A stretch of DNA of 64,000 nt. Origin: an uncultured Planctomycetota bacterium. GTDB lineage: Bacteria; Planctomycetota; Planctomycetia; Isosphaerales; Isosphaeraceae. Positions 1-10,668 of the stretch are shown here, in pieces. The notes under the pieces are model-generated. The model was not told where the DNA came from and did not search any database. It was given only the letters and a program-made list of their open reading frames with translations. The DNA lies in contig CAVTTN010000002.1 of assembly GCA_963737655.1 (NCBI GenBank), forward strand, positions 3,840,001-3,904,000, written 5' to 3'. Both the position numbers and the translations under genes were made by a program. Position 1 is the stretch's first letter. Every line of letters starts with the position of its first letter.

Positions 1-411
1 GGAGCCGTTCGCCGCGGGGTAGTCGGCGAGCACCTGCAACGCCCGCTTGGGATTATTCGTGTGGAAGATCCCCAGCGATTTCCCGGGCGCCGAGGCGCCG
101 GAGGCGTATGCGTATTCGATGTTGATGTGCTCCTCGGCGAGCGTCTCCAGGACGCGAGTCAGGGCGCCAGGGCGGTTCTCCATTTCGACGGCGAGGACGT
201 CCGTGGCGGTGAACTCGGTTCCGAGGGAAGTCAGCACTCGCTTGGTGGGCTCGACCTGATCGACGACCAGCCTCAGCACGCTCCTCTCGTCGGTGTCCAT
301 CACCGAGAGGGCGCGGATATTGATCTTCTCGTGGGCCAGGGCCGCACAGATCTTGGCGAGCCGTCCGGGCTTGTTCTCCAAACGAGCGGTGACCTCGTGG
401 ACGAACTCCAT
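1..411 (-). CDS. Tandem ACT-domain protein (3' end runs off the window)
   Basis: Manual translation, absent from the ORF track: MEFVHEVTARLENKPGRLAKICAALAHEKINIRAL...EMENRPGALTRVLETLAEEHINIEYAY. Two ACT repeats (ENxPG-L...INI); RBS AGGGAGG upstream. Confidence 0.85.
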   Translation of the reverse strand, partial: MEFVHEVTARLENKPGRLAKICAALAHEKINIRALSVMDTDERSVLRLVVDQVEPTKRVLTSLGTEFTATDVLAVEMENRPGALTRVLETLAEEHINIEYAYASGASAPGKSLGIFHTNNPKRALQVLADYPAANGS

Positions 412-665
412 CACAGCGCCTCCCTTTCTGTCGTCGTTCGATCGACCGGCGAGGGCCCGGAGAGGTCGCCCTGGGCGCGACCTCCGAGGACCGTCCGATG
501 CGGGCAGGGCGCCTGCCGGTGAGACGCCCCCAGGCGGGACGGTCCGGGCCTCGGGGGCTGTCGCCCAGTCGGGGCCCGGGTTGTGTCGGCCGATGGGGAA
601 ATCTCGGCTCGACGCGAAACTCGACGCGGAGGGACCGGCCGCGACGCGATCGGTCCCCCCCTGCG

Positions 666-693
666 ATTGTACGTCACCCCGGGGCTCGGTCAA
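666..693 (-). promoter_or_regulatory. Putative sigma70 promoter for the ACT gene
   Basis: Minus strand TTGACC (693-688), 16-nt spacer, TACAAT (671-666); stands out in a very GC-rich background. Confidence 0.55.
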
Positions 694-2861
694 TCGATCC
701 CTGAAACGCCGCCCCCACCCTCCTTGCCCTTTTTACCACCCGGGACGTTGCCCGGTGCGTTGACGGCGGGTCCGGCGGGGGGCGGATTCAGCCCCGGAAT
801 CCCGTTCTGCATGAGGGTCGGCAAGGACTTCGCCAGCGAGGCGCCCTTCACGCTCGCCACGAAATCCGGGAACGCCACCCGAGAGACCACGTGAAGCCCC
901 TGGGCATCGGTCGAAACGGTCATCGCCGCGGGGAAGAGAAGCTTGCGGATTGCGTCTGGCGAGGGGATTTTCGACGGATCGATCTGAATCGGCGAGAGGG
1001 CGGCCCCGGTTGCCGAGGGAGCCGCACCGGGTGCGGCCGGCGGGTTCCCTTCGCCACCAGCGTTTCTCGGGCCCGCTCCCCCGACGGCCCCCACCGAGAA
1101 TTTCGGACCGCCCTCGCCTCGACCGCGATCGCCTCGCGGAGGCGGGGCCTCGCCCGGCGGCGAGCCGGCCACGGGAGGCGGCTTCGGTGTCGACAGAAGG
1201 GCCTGGAGGTCGGCGGGGAGCTGCGCCAGGCCTTCCGGGAGAGAGTCTCGCGGGTCTTCGACGACGATCAGCCACGGACTCGATGGCATCGCGGCGACGA
1301 CCTTCGCCAGATCGGCCCCGAGTGGCTTCGCTCCTTTCGACTCGACGGCCATCGCCTCCCTCGCGGCGTCGGGCTGGGTGCCGATCACGAGGTATTTCTT
1401 GCCGTAGGAGATCGTGAGCTTCAGGTTCGTGAGGGCCGACAGGTTCGGCGGGAGGTGCAACATCCAGGTCTTGGGGTTATTCACGGCGACCTTGAACTCG
1501 GGGGCCGCTCCCGACGAGGCCGCGGACTTCGCCTTGGACGACGACCGAGGCGCGGCGGCCTCGTCGTCGTCGGCCGGCGGCTTCGCGGCGGCCATTCTCG
1601 TCCTGAGCTCCTTGTTGGCGAACAGGAGGAGGTCATCCGCCATCCGTGTCGTCGCCTTCGGGTCTTTCATCTCGATCAGGAAGCCGCCGCGAGGGACCTG
1701 CCACCCGATCGCGCCGATCCCCGAGAGCGGGCCCGCCTTGGCCGGCTTCGAGGGGGCCGTGAAGTAGATCATCCGAGGACCGATCCGCCCGAGGACGTCC
1801 TCCTTCAGCCGGAGCTTGGTCCGTGCCTTGACGGTCGCCTCCATTTTCGCGAACGAGGCGTCGGACTCGGGATTGATGGCGTGGGCCACGGCCAGGATTT
1901 GCCCGTAGAACTTCGCGGCATCGATCGAGACCGCCGAGAACTCCCGGACGCCCTCGGGCAGGGGCGGTAGCGCCTTGAGGTCCAGACCGGGGCCGTCGAG
2001 CAGAGCCAGGGCGCCGGTCCTCGGCGAAGGCGCCACGATGGTCCACTCGCTTCGCAACGCCTCGTCCTGGAGGCCCAATCCCAGCTCGATTCGCTGGACA
2101 CCCTTGAGGTCCGCCTTTCCCAGCAAGGCGGAAGCCATGCCGGGGCCTCCCGGCAGGTTTTGCAGATCGACGAACGCCGCGCCCAGGGCCTCCACGCCCC
2201 CTTCGGCCTTCATCAGGGCCGCTCGCGTCGGGTGATCGACGGCGCTGGGGGATTTGCCATCGAGGACGGCGATGACGGAGTCGGGGTCGTTGGTGATGAC
2301 GAGGTCTTCCTTCTTCTCGATCCACCAGGAGAGCGATTCGCCGGTCGGCTGATGGATCACGGCAACCCGGCGGTCTCCGGGCTTGGTGACGGCCTCGACC
2401 TTGGATTCGGGCTTGCGGAGGGCCGCCAGAATCCGGCCGAAGAGGAGCTTGGAATCCGCCTTCAAGGCGCCTCGAAAGACGAGGGTCACCGAGGGATTCG
2501 GGGCGCCCGGCTTGCTCACGAACGAGAGGACGAACCCGGAGCGGCCCATGTGTTTCAGGACGGCCGCCATCTCGGCACCGGTCGGCTTCGGCGACGGCGA
2601 CGCGGCGATGGCTCGTTCGAAGAGCTGACCGGCGAGGTCTTCGAGCATGGCGCCGGTCGTGGTCTCGTTGAGGATCTGGCTCGCCGCGGTCTTCGACCAG
2701 GCGGCGGAGTGGGCCTCGACTCCGTCGAATTCGACGAGGCCGACCAGGCCGTCTTTCGGGACGTAGCCGGCCAGGGGGGTGGACCCGGCGAAGGCCGGGG
2801 CGACCGACAGGACGAGGGTGATCGCGAACGAGGTCGCGGAGAGGCGAGGCAGGCTTGGCAC
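690..2861 (-). CDS. Exported hypothetical protein, paralog of the N-terminal part of the neighbouring DUF1559 protein
   Basis: GTG start at 2861 after GAGGA; signal peptide ending APAFA; LVEFDGVEAHSAAW and LRLKEDVL blocks shared with 3003-5504. Confidence 0.75.
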   Translation of the reverse strand: MPSLPRLSATSFAITLVLSVAPAFAGSTPLAGYVPKDGLVGLVEFDGVEAHSAAWSKTAASQILNETTTGAMLEDLAGQLFERAIAASPSPKPTGAEMAAVLKHMGRSGFVLSFVSKPGAPNPSVTLVFRGALKADSKLLFGRILAALRKPESKVEAVTKPGDRRVAVIHQPTGESLSWWIEKKEDLVITNDPDSVIAVLDGKSPSAVDHPTRAALMKAEGGVEALGAAFVDLQNLPGGPGMASALLGKADLKGVQRIELGLGLQDEALRSEWTIVAPSPRTGALALLDGPGLDLKALPPLPEGVREFSAVSIDAAKFYGQILAVAHAINPESDASFAKMEATVKARTKLRLKEDVLGRIGPRMIYFTAPSKPAKAGPLSGIGAIGWQVPRGGFLIEMKDPKATTRMADDLLLFANKELRTRMAAAKPPADDDEAAAPRSSSKAKSAASSGAAPEFKVAVNNPKTWMLHLPPNLSALTNLKLTISYGKKYLVIGTQPDAAREAMAVESKGAKPLGADLAKVVAAMPSSPWLIVVEDPRDSLPEGLAQLPADLQALLSTPKPPPVAGSPPGEAPPPRGDRGRGEGGPKFSVGAVGGAGPRNAGGEGNPPAAPGAAPSATGAALSPIQIDPSKIPSPDAIRKLLFPAAMTVSTDAQGLHVVSRVAFPDFVASVKGASLAKSLPTLMQNGIPGLNPPPAGPAVNAPGNVPGGKKGKEGGGGVSGID

Positions 2862-3002
2862 CGGAGAATCCTCGCGGGGTTCGGGGTGGAAGGATTCGAG
2901 ACTCTCGATTCGACGAATCCTAAATCCGCCCAGGCCCCGCGCCAAGGAGGTGCCCGGCCCGGCCGCGATCGAGCGATCGAGGCCGGGCCGGTCTCTCGGG
3001 GA

Positions 3003-5504
3003 TCAGAACGCGCCGGGCGCGATGATCTCCGAGCCGGCTTTCGTCAGGAGCGAGCGGAAGGTCATCGGGGCGATCGTCGTCTTGAAGAACCGGACCGAGC
3101 CATCCAGCATCATCACGTTGAATCCGCCGGGGTGATCGGACCCGCAGAGGCCCAGGGCCTCGGCGCCATCGGCCGGCAGGGCCAACCCTTCGGGCTTGGT
3201 CCACTCGACCGCTTCTTTCGCCTCGACCACGCCGATCGTGAACGAGAGTCCATCGAGGACCTGGGTGAACTTCGTCCCCTGGGGATCGTCGAAGGCCGCG
3301 CCCTTGCCGGTGAAGACGCGGTACGTCGTGGTCCCCGGGGTCGGGTTCTTCCGGCTCGGGCAGTTGTAAAGGGTGGGCATCAGGGCGATCAGCGCCTTGT
3401 TGTGGGGGCTGTCCCAGGCCTCGTCCAGGTGGAACTGATTGTAAAGCGCCTGCTGCTCCAGGAACGGCAAGATCGCGACTCGCCAGCTCAGGAGCGGCTT
3501 GCCGTCCTTGGACAGGATCGCCGGGGGCGGGAGCGGCCCATTCGTCGCGGCGTAGTTGTGCATCGCCAGGGCGATCTGCTTCTCGTTGTTCGTGCACTGG
3601 GCCCGACGGGCCGCCTCGCGGGCGGACTGCACCGCCGGGAGCAGGAGCGCGACCAGGACCCCACCGACGGCCGGCGAGCTCATGCTGGGGACCGGCTCGC
3701 GAGCGGTGAACGTCCAACCCGCCTTATCGACCGACAGGGCATAGGACGCCGGCCCGAGGTACTTCTTGACGTCGGCCGCCGAGGGGACCATCGCCGGGTC
3801 GATCGTCATCAGCCGGTTGGCGGCCGGAGGGAGGTCATTCGGGATGTTGGCCTTGAGCATGTCGAGCGTCTGGGGAAGCGATTCGATCGCCTGGGGAAGC
3901 GTGTCGCGAGGGTCGCTGACCAGCAAGGCGACCATGTCTTTGGGGGCGCGCTGCGCCAGGGCGGCGAAGTCCTTGGTGGGGGTCCACGCCTTCTTCGGGT
4001 CGGCCTCGAGCGCCAGGGCGGCCCGGGCGTCCTCGTTCGTGAAGCTCACCGCGACGTACTTCTTGCCGACGGCGATCGTCGGCTTGAGATCGCCGAAGGG
4101 ACCGGCGTTGGGCGGCATGGTCATCGAGTAGGCCGTCCCGGGACCGGCGAGCTTCTCGATCTGAGGGGCGCGGTCCCCGGCGTTCGGGTTCGCGGCGAGC
4201 TGCTGGTTGACGATCGCGATAACCTTGTCGAGCGCCTTGCCGAACGCCGCCGGGTCGTCGGTCTGAATCATGAGATTCAGCTTGGGGATCGCCGCCGGGA
4301 CGCCCGGCATGGCCGGGGCCGGGATCGGGATGCCGGGGCCGGGCGAGGCGAAGACCCCGATCTTCGGGCCGAGATGGGCCAGGACGTCTTCCTTCAGCCT
4401 CAAGCCCAGGGCCTGCTTGGAGACCGCCTCCATCTGGGCGAACTGGTCCGGCGCGTTCGGGTTCGCCTGCTTCGCCAGGGCCGCGAACTTCGTGAACAAT
4501 CCCCTGGCGTCGATCGAAACGACCTCGAAGGCGTCCAGGCCGGCGGGGATCGGCGGCAGGTCCTTCATGGTGAACGTCGGGCCGTCGAGGATCGAGAGAA
4601 CGCCCTGCCTCGGCGAGGGCGCCACGGCGCGGATCTGGGTGAGCAGGGCCTCATCCTGGAAGCTCCAGCTCGCCTCGATCCGCTTCAGGCCGTTGAGCCC
4701 CATCGCGATGGCCGGAGGAGGCAGGGGCGGGAGCTTGGCCATGTCGAGATAGGCCACGCCAAAGACCTCCGCGCCGGCCTCGCCCTTGCGGAGGGCCGTG
4801 CGGATCGGGTCGGCGGCGACGGACGGGGATTTGCCGTCGATCGTGGCGAGCGTCAGGTCGAGGCGGTCCGTCGCGGTGACGATCAGGTCCCCTTTTTCCT
4901 CCCACCACGAGGCACCCGGAGGTCCATCGCCGCCCGGGGGCCCGACGCTCTTGATCGTCCGGGCGCCGCGGGTCTCCGTCTTCGGCTGGGCCTGTTCGGC
5001 CAGGCTGAGGATCGGCTCGAATACCTTCCTGCCCTCGGGCGTGCCGAGGCCGCGGAGGACCAGAGTCGGCCGGATGGTCTTCGGGTCGGCCGCGTTGCCG
5101 CTGACCGACAGGGCGAAGCCGTTGGCCATCAGCCGCTTGCCCATCGCCAGGATCTGGTCGGGCGTCGGCTTCGGCCCGGGGGGGACATTCGCCAGGGCCT
5201 CCGTCAGTCCTCGTTTCGCGAAGTCTTCCAGGAGGGCGCCGAGCTTCGTCTGGGTCAGGATCTTGTACGAGCTGGACTTCTTCCAGGCCGCCGCATGGGC
5301 ATCCAGGCCGTCGAACTCGACCAGAGCGATCAGGTCTTTCCCCGGCAGGAACCGGGCGAGGCCGCCGCCGGCCGCCTTGGGGACGGTGGCCTGCGCGGGC
5401 TTCGTCTTCGGGGCCTGCGCCGTCGCCGTCGAGGCCACGAGCAACGCGGTCCCCGCGGCCGAGGCGAGGGCCAGGCAGATCCGGGAGAGGGGAGAACGGC
5501 TCAC
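3003..5504 (-). CDS. Exported protein with C-terminal DUF1559 / H-X9-DG domain
   Basis: [45 protein letters not shown] and [16 protein letters not shown] motifs; GTG start after AAAGGA; N-terminal signal peptide. Confidence 0.88.
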   Translation of the reverse strand: MSRSPLSRICLALASAAGTALLVASTATAQAPKTKPAQATVPKAAGGGLARFLPGKDLIALVEFDGLDAHAAAWKKSSSYKILTQTKLGALLEDFAKRGLTEALANVPPGPKPTPDQILAMGKRLMANGFALSVSGNAADPKTIRPTLVLRGLGTPEGRKVFEPILSLAEQAQPKTETRGARTIKSVGPPGGDGPPGASWWEEKGDLIVTATDRLDLTLATIDGKSPSVAADPIRTALRKGEAGAEVFGVAYLDMAKLPPLPPPAIAMGLNGLKRIEASWSFQDEALLTQIRAVAPSPRQGVLSILDGPTFTMKDLPPIPAGLDAFEVVSIDARGLFTKFAALAKQANPNAPDQFAQMEAVSKQALGLRLKEDVLAHLGPKIGVFASPGPGIPIPAPAMPGVPAAIPKLNLMIQTDDPAAFGKALDKVIAIVNQQLAANPNAGDRAPQIEKLAGPGTAYSMTMPPNAGPFGDLKPTIAVGKKYVAVSFTNEDARAALALEADPKKAWTPTKDFAALAQRAPKDMVALLVSDPRDTLPQAIESLPQTLDMLKANIPNDLPPAANRLMTIDPAMVPSAADVKKYLGPASYALSVDKAGWTFTAREPVPSMSSPAVGGVLVALLLPAVQSAREAARRAQCTNNEKQIALAMHNYAATNGPLPPPAILSKDGKPLLSWRVAILPFLEQQALYNQFHLDEAWDSPHNKALIALMPTLYNCPSRKNPTPGTTTYRVFTGKGAAFDDPQGTKFTQVLDGLSFTIGVVEAKEAVEWTKPEGLALPADGAEALGLCGSDHPGGFNVMMLDGSVRFFKTTIAPMTFRSLLTKAGSEIIAPGAF

Positions 5505-5606
5505 GGGCGGTCCTTTCGCATAAGAAACATCTGATCCTGTCGAACCGGGACATCGTACTAATTCGGAGACGCACGGGCAACGATCCACTCACGACGCCCC
5601 TCGCGA

Positions 5607-5636
5607 TTGACACCGCCTCCCGAACCTGCCTAGCCT
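5607..5636 (+). promoter_or_regulatory. Putative sigma70 promoter for rsgA
   Basis: TTGACA (5607-5612), 18-nt spacer, TAGCCT (5631-5636), about 40 nt upstream of the start codon. Confidence 0.5.
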
Positions 5637-5673
5637 GACGACGAGGCGAGAGGATCGAGGCGGAGGGCCGATC

Positions 5674-6813
5674 GTGGCGAAGAAGCGAAAAGTCCGCGTC
5701 GATTTCAAGAAAAACCGCCAGAAGCGGACTCGCGCCAACGACCTGACCCGGGGCTTCCTCCGCGACGCCGCCTCGGCCGATTCGACGGTCTCCGGCGAGC
5801 GCGTGCGCGCCAAGGGAGACCTGTCGCGAAAGCGAACGATCATCCAGGAAGACGCGGCCCCCGGCGATCCCGAGGAGGCCCCTCATCTCTCGGTCGACCT
5901 GAGCGAGTGCCTGTCCGGCCGGGTGGTGAAGGTCCACGGCCTGGAGACCGTGGTCGAGACCGACGACGGCCGGACGTTTCGTTGCGGGGTCCGCCGCATC
6001 CTCAAGACCCTCGCCATCGACGGCCGCAACGCCGTGGCCGTCGGCGACCGCGCCTGGTTCCGCCCCGGCGGCGATCATCAGGGGATGATCGAGACGATCG
6101 AGTCCCGAACCGGCGTGATCACCCGAGGATATCGCCGTCGGGAGCACGTGATCGCATCCAATATCGATCAAATTCTGATTGTTTCGGCGTTCGAGGCTCC
6201 CGGCCTGAAATTGCCCCTGATCGACCGATACCTGATCTCGGCCGAGTCCGGCGGGGTCCGGCCCGTGATCGTCCTGAACAAGGCGGACCTCGTCGATCTG
6301 ACGGGCTATCAGTGGGTCGTGGGCCTCTACACGCAGCTTGGATATGAGGTGCTGTGCACGTCGGCCGCCGATGGTCGAGGCGTGCCGAGGCTCCGGCAGT
6401 TGGTCTCAAGAGGGATCACGGCGTTTTCGGGCCAGAGCGGCGTCGGCAAGAGCACGTTGTTGAACGCAATGCAGCCGGGGTTGAACCTGAGGGTCCGCGA
6501 GGTCTCCGACTGGACGAGCAAGGGGAAGCACACGACGACCCACGCCGAATTGATCCGTCTGGAGGCCGGCGGCTACGTCGTCGATACCCCGGGGCTCCGT
6601 CAATTCGAGCTCTGGGGCGTCGATCCGGCCGTGATCGAGGGGTATTTCGTCGAGTTCCGGCCGTTCGTGCCGAGATGCCGGTTCCCGGATTGTTCGCACA
6701 CCCATGAATCCGAATGCGCGGTCAAGGAGGCCGTGCTCTGGGGACAGATCGACGAGGGGCGTTACGATAGCTATTGCAAGCTCTACGAGCGAAAACCGCT
6801 GGACGGGGATTAG
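5674..6813 (+). CDS. rsgA: Ribosome small subunit-dependent GTPase A
   Basis: Circularly permuted GTPase motifs NKAD, GQSGVGKS, GKHTTT, DTPG; C-terminal zinc finger CRFPDCSHTHESEC. Confidence 0.95.
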   Translation: MAKKRKVRVDFKKNRQKRTRANDLTRGFLRDAASADSTVSGERVRAKGDLSRKRTIIQEDAAPGDPEEAPHLSVDLSECLSGRVVKVHGLETVVETDDGRTFRCGVRRILKTLAIDGRNAVAVGDRAWFRPGGDHQGMIETIESRTGVITRGYRRREHVIASNIDQILIVSAFEAPGLKLPLIDRYLISAESGGVRPVIVLNKADLVDLTGYQWVVGLYTQLGYEVLCTSAADGRGVPRLRQLVSRGITAFSGQSGVGKSTLLNAMQPGLNLRVREVSDWTSKGKHTTTHAELIRLEAGGYVVDTPGLRQFELWGVDPAVIEGYFVEFRPFVPRCRFPDCSHTHESECAVKEAVLWGQIDEGRYDSYCKLYERKPLDGD

Positions 6814-6916
6814 CAGACGCCTTCGAGGGCCGCTCCGGCTCCAAACTTGCGGAGGGAGAAATCAGGCCCCGGGATCCGGGGCCAGGACCACGGCACCCAT
6901 CCGGGAGAACGCCACC

Positions 6917-7870
6917 ATGAACCGATCGGACATCCTGGACAGGAGGGCGCTGACGTTTCTCACCGCCTTGCTCGTCGCCGCGCCGGCCTTTGGCCAGGGG
7001 ACCGTCGCACCGAACCGCGGCCAAAATGCCTCCGAACCCGCAGGCGACCGCGACGCCGGCGGCGACCGCCGCTTGACGGCCCTCGAACGGACGAATTTGA
7101 ACCTGGCAGCCCACGGGGTCTCGATGGCGATCGAGGCCTACTCGCTCCGCAACGCCGCCCGAGAAGCCGGGACCGGCGACAAGGCGGACAGGACCAACGA
7201 CAAGGGCCATCCCGACCGCTCCGCCGAGCTCCGTCAGCACGCCCGGAGGACCTTCGAGGCCAGTGACCGCCTCCTCGGCCAGGCCGCTCGGGGGATCGGC
7301 CGCGAGATGGCCGACCGCACCAACCTCAGCGACCGGGGGACCGACACCTTCGCCGCGAAGCAGGGCAACCGATTGACCGGCACCGCCCCGTCACGGTTCG
7401 TCACGGCCGCCGACGAGTACGCGAGCACCCTCCGCCGCCTGGCCCCCGAGGCCGACAAGGACAAGGACGCAAGGAAAGGCGATTCCCAGGCCGAAGAGGC
7501 GGCGGAAATCGTCATTTTGAACCACGCGGTCAAGGAGGTCATCGCCACGTTCCACGTCCGCCAGAATGCCAGCCTTCTGGCGCCGTCGGAGTCGTCTCGC
7601 CTGATGATCGAGCACTCGCTCCAGATGGAGGAAGACGCCCGAAACGTCATCCGCGAGATGACCGGCGAGGGTCACCCGGGCCCGAACCCCGCGGTCGAAA
7701 ACCTCCCCGGCTCGGTCAAGACGCTCGCCCGCCAGGCCGCCGAGATCGCCCGAGCGGCCGGGGATTTCGGCATCCTGTTCGGCCAGGGCGGGCCCGAGGC
7801 CGCCTCCGAATCTCGTCAGAAGAACGGGCCAGGCAGCACGCCCCCTCCGGCGAACCGTCCGCCGCGCTGA
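6917..7870 (+). CDS. Exported hypothetical protein
   Basis: ATG at 6917 after GGGAGA; signal peptide RRALTFLTALLVAAPAFG; GC-rich third codon positions. Confidence 0.7.
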   Translation: MNRSDILDRRALTFLTALLVAAPAFGQGTVAPNRGQNASEPAGDRDAGGDRRLTALERTNLNLAAHGVSMAIEAYSLRNAAREAGTGDKADRTNDKGHPDRSAELRQHARRTFEASDRLLGQAARGIGREMADRTNLSDRGTDTFAAKQGNRLTGTAPSRFVTAADEYASTLRRLAPEADKDKDARKGDSQAEEAAEIVILNHAVKEVIATFHVRQNASLLAPSESSRLMIEHSLQMEEDARNVIREMTGEGHPGPNPAVENLPGSVKTLARQAAEIARAAGDFGILFGQGGPEAASESRQKNGPGSTPPPANRPPR

Positions 7871-7963
7871 TTTCGAGGAGGGCCAACTCCCGCCGACGTC
7901 CGCCCGAGCTTGAGGTCGGCGGGAGGGCCTGTCGCTCCCCCCCTCGCTGTCCGAGGACTCGCG

Positions 7964-9346
7964 ATGCCCGGCCCGTCCTTCTCGAACCCCCTCGACGTGA
8001 GCCTGGGGGACCCGTTCGTCTTGCGATGGGCCGGCAAATTCTATCTCTACGGGACCGGCGAAAGCCCCTCTCGGGACGACGTCCGCCAGATTCCCGCGTT
8101 CGTCTCCGACGATCTGGTTCATTGGACCGCCCTGGGCGGCTGCCTGATTTCGCCGGACCCCGGGGCCGAGGCCCGGAAGCCCGACCTGCTCGTCTGGGAC
8201 GGCCGTTTCTTCCTGGTCGTGAGCCTCCGGGGCCACGATCGAGCCGGCACGTCCCTCTGGGTGGCGGAGTCGGACCGGCCCGAGGGCCCGTTCGAGCTTT
8301 CGACCGAAATCGGGCGGGAGGACGCCCTTTCCCTCGAAGGTTTCTGGATGGTCGGGCCCGACGGGTCGCTCGGCTTGGTCCAGCGGCGTTCGCGGGTAGA
8401 CGGTCCACCGAGCGGGACCGAGATCTTCGTCCAGAAAATGATCGACCCGAGGACTCCGTCCCCGCTTGAGCCGATCCTGGCGGACTCCGCGCTCTGGCCT
8501 CGCTTCCAGGCCAACCGCCTCAGCGCCCCGCTACAGGTCGCGCCGCCCGGCCCGAACGACGTTCCCCGAGAGGGGACATTCGAAGATTCCTTTGTCGGCA
8601 TTCCGGCCGGCCTGGTGGAAGGTCCTGGGCCCGTCTCGGGAGTCCTCCCCGACGGGCTCCATCCCTGGGTCCTCTTTGCGGGCCGACGCGCTAGCGACCC
8701 CGGCCGGCGGCTTTGGCTCTGTCCCGTCGATTGGGGCGACGAGGGTCTGCGGCTCCATCTGGGAACCGACGCCGAGCTGTCCGCGCCTCCTCTGTCCCTC
8801 GAATTCGAGCCGGATTCGCACTCGTTCGACGGCGACTCGCCGTGGAACGGCTCGCCCGGAACGTGGGTCCGCACAACCGGGGGATTTCGCCAGGCCGAGC
8901 CCGGCGCGCTCTCCTCGATCTGGACCGCCGGACCTTCTCATCCCTCCGACGATTGGGCCTTCGAGGCCACGATCAGCCTGCCCGGTCCCCGATCGGTCGA
9001 GGCGGGATTGCTGGTCGGAACCCGGTCCGGCGGAGGGCTCTCGGCGGTCTTCGTTCTGGGGCCCGTACCGTCGATTCGAATCGTCGACGCGAACGGCGAG
9101 GCGTTTTCGATGCCGCTGAGGTTGGGGGATCGGCCGATGGACCTCCGCCGGCCTCACGTCCTGGCGATCCGCGTCCGCAACGGTCGGGCGGAGGTTCGGG
9201 TCGATGGCCGCCTGATTTGGTCCGACGGAGTCCTGCCGAATCCTCCGCTACGGCTCGGCCTTCACGTCCTGGGAATCGCCGATTTCGACGCGCCCGGGAT
9301 CGGGTCGGCCCCTCGGGTCAGGACCTCCCCAGAGTATCGTCGATGA
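7964..9346 (+). CDS. Divergent glycoside hydrolase family 43-like protein with C-terminal beta-sandwich domain
   Basis: SNPL...GDPFVLRWAGKFYLYGT, SDDLVHW and VAESDRPEGPF are GH43 beta-propeller motifs; later motifs are degenerate. Confidence 0.65.
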   Translation: MPGPSFSNPLDVSLGDPFVLRWAGKFYLYGTGESPSRDDVRQIPAFVSDDLVHWTALGGCLISPDPGAEARKPDLLVWDGRFFLVVSLRGHDRAGTSLWVAESDRPEGPFELSTEIGREDALSLEGFWMVGPDGSLGLVQRRSRVDGPPSGTEIFVQKMIDPRTPSPLEPILADSALWPRFQANRLSAPLQVAPPGPNDVPREGTFEDSFVGIPAGLVEGPGPVSGVLPDGLHPWVLFAGRRASDPGRRLWLCPVDWGDEGLRLHLGTDAELSAPPLSLEFEPDSHSFDGDSPWNGSPGTWVRTTGGFRQAEPGALSSIWTAGPSHPSDDWAFEATISLPGPRSVEAGLLVGTRSGGGLSAVFVLGPVPSIRIVDANGEAFSMPLRLGDRPMDLRRPHVLAIRVRNGRAEVRVDGRLIWSDGVLPNPPLRLGLHVLGIADFDAPGIGSAPRVRTSPEYRR

Positions 9347-10472
9347 CTTGCTGAAGGCTCTCGCCAAGCCCCTTGGAGCGGATTCGATCGAGGTCGGCCC
9401 GGCAGGTGAAGAGGGCCTGGACGACCCTGGGGTCCCACTGGACGCCCAGCCCGACGCGGAAGTTCTCGTCGATCTTCATCGGCGAAAGCTTGCGTCGATA
9501 CGGCCGGTCGCTCGACATGGCGTCGAACGCATCGGCCACGGCGAGGATTCGAGCCGGAAGGGGGATGGCATCGCCCCGGAGGCCCGACGGGTAGCCCGAG
9601 CCGTCGAGGCTCTCGTGGTGGTGGAGCACCCCGGGCAGGACGTGGTGGAGCTTCTTCAGGTCGGCGAGGATCAGGGCGCCGATCTTCACGTGAGCCTGGA
9701 TCGTCTTTTGCTCTTCGGGAGTCAGGCGGTCGGGCTTCTTCAAGACGCCGTCCTCGATGCCGATCTTGCCGATATCGTGGAGCAGTCCCATCAGATACAA
9801 ATCGCCTTGCTCGACCGGGCTCATCCCCATTTCCTGGCCGAGGCGGACCGCGATCCGCGCGACACGCTCGGAGTGGCCCGAGGTATAGGGGTCCTTGGCA
9901 TCGATGGCGGCGGTCAGCGCACGGATCACGCCGAACAGCAGGTCCTTCAGGTCGGAATAGAGCCGGGCGTTGGCGCGTTGGGTGGCCACGAGCGAGGCGA
10001 CGGTCCGCATCGCCTCGGCCTCGGCCATCCCGGGGATTCCCGGGGGCGGGTTGATCGCCAGGAGCCAGCCGCCCTGGGACTCCGAGGTCGCCGCCACCAC
10101 GATCAGTCGGCGGAGCCAGGGGCGGGACGGGTCATTCACCGCGTCGCGGACCGAGATCGAGTCGCCCCCCGAGCCGGGCACGAGCTTGCGGACCATTTCC
10201 TGCTCGACGCCCGCGATCGTCCCGGCCGAGACCACCGGCTCGCGGGCCGAGCCCGGAACCCAGGCGACCATCTCGGCTCCGAGGGCATCCAGCACGGCCC
10301 AGGCCGTCCGTTTCTGGAACTTTTCGGGATTGTCCGAGACCCTCAGGCGACGAATCAGGCGATCGGCCAGGCCCGAGACGGGATCGACCGCTCGCACCTG
10401 GTGCTCGGAGTCCGACGGGCCGTCATCGGCTGTCCAGTTTTGACTTCTCAGCCCGATCCCCGCCATTGGCAA
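9318..10472 (-). CDS. HD-GYP domain cyclic-di-GMP phosphodiesterase
   Basis: DAKDPYTSGHSERV, LLHDIGKIG, HHESLDGSGYP, ARILAVADAFDAM. Confidence 0.92.
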   Translation of the reverse strand: MPMAGIGLRSQNWTADDGPSDSEHQVRAVDPVSGLADRLIRRLRVSDNPEKFQKRTAWAVLDALGAEMVAWVPGSAREPVVSAGTIAGVEQEMVRKLVPGSGGDSISVRDAVNDPSRPWLRRLIVVAATSESQGGWLLAINPPPGIPGMAEAEAMRTVASLVATQRANARLYSDLKDLLFGVIRALTAAIDAKDPYTSGHSERVARIAVRLGQEMGMSPVEQGDLYLMGLLHDIGKIGIEDGVLKKPDRLTPEEQKTIQAHVKIGALILADLKKLHHVLPGVLHHHESLDGSGYPSGLRGDAIPLPARILAVADAFDAMSSDRPYRRKLSPMKIDENFRVGLGVQWDPRVVQALFTCRADLDRIRSKGLGESLQQVIDDTLGRS

Positions 10473-10668
10473 CGCCTCGTCAGATGGTTCCGCCGTCGGA
10501 AGTCCCTCTCTGAGTGATCCTAGGACGCATTCGCCGCCTCGACTGGGCCGATCGGCGGCGGCTTCTCGACGGGGCGCGTTGGACAGACCCCGGGACGGAG
10601 CCTAGAGAAGACAGGGAGCTCCGACGCCGGTCCGTCGCGCCGGTCGGTCCGCGAGGAGGCGAACGCCG

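Noticed and set aside
2160..5534. 1124-aa plus-strand ORF and other long antisense ORFs (e.g. 31070-33658, 39628-42024, 52687-55407, 61899-63911)
   Set aside because: Shadow ORFs opposite well-supported genes; expected in high-GC DNA, with no recognisable motifs.
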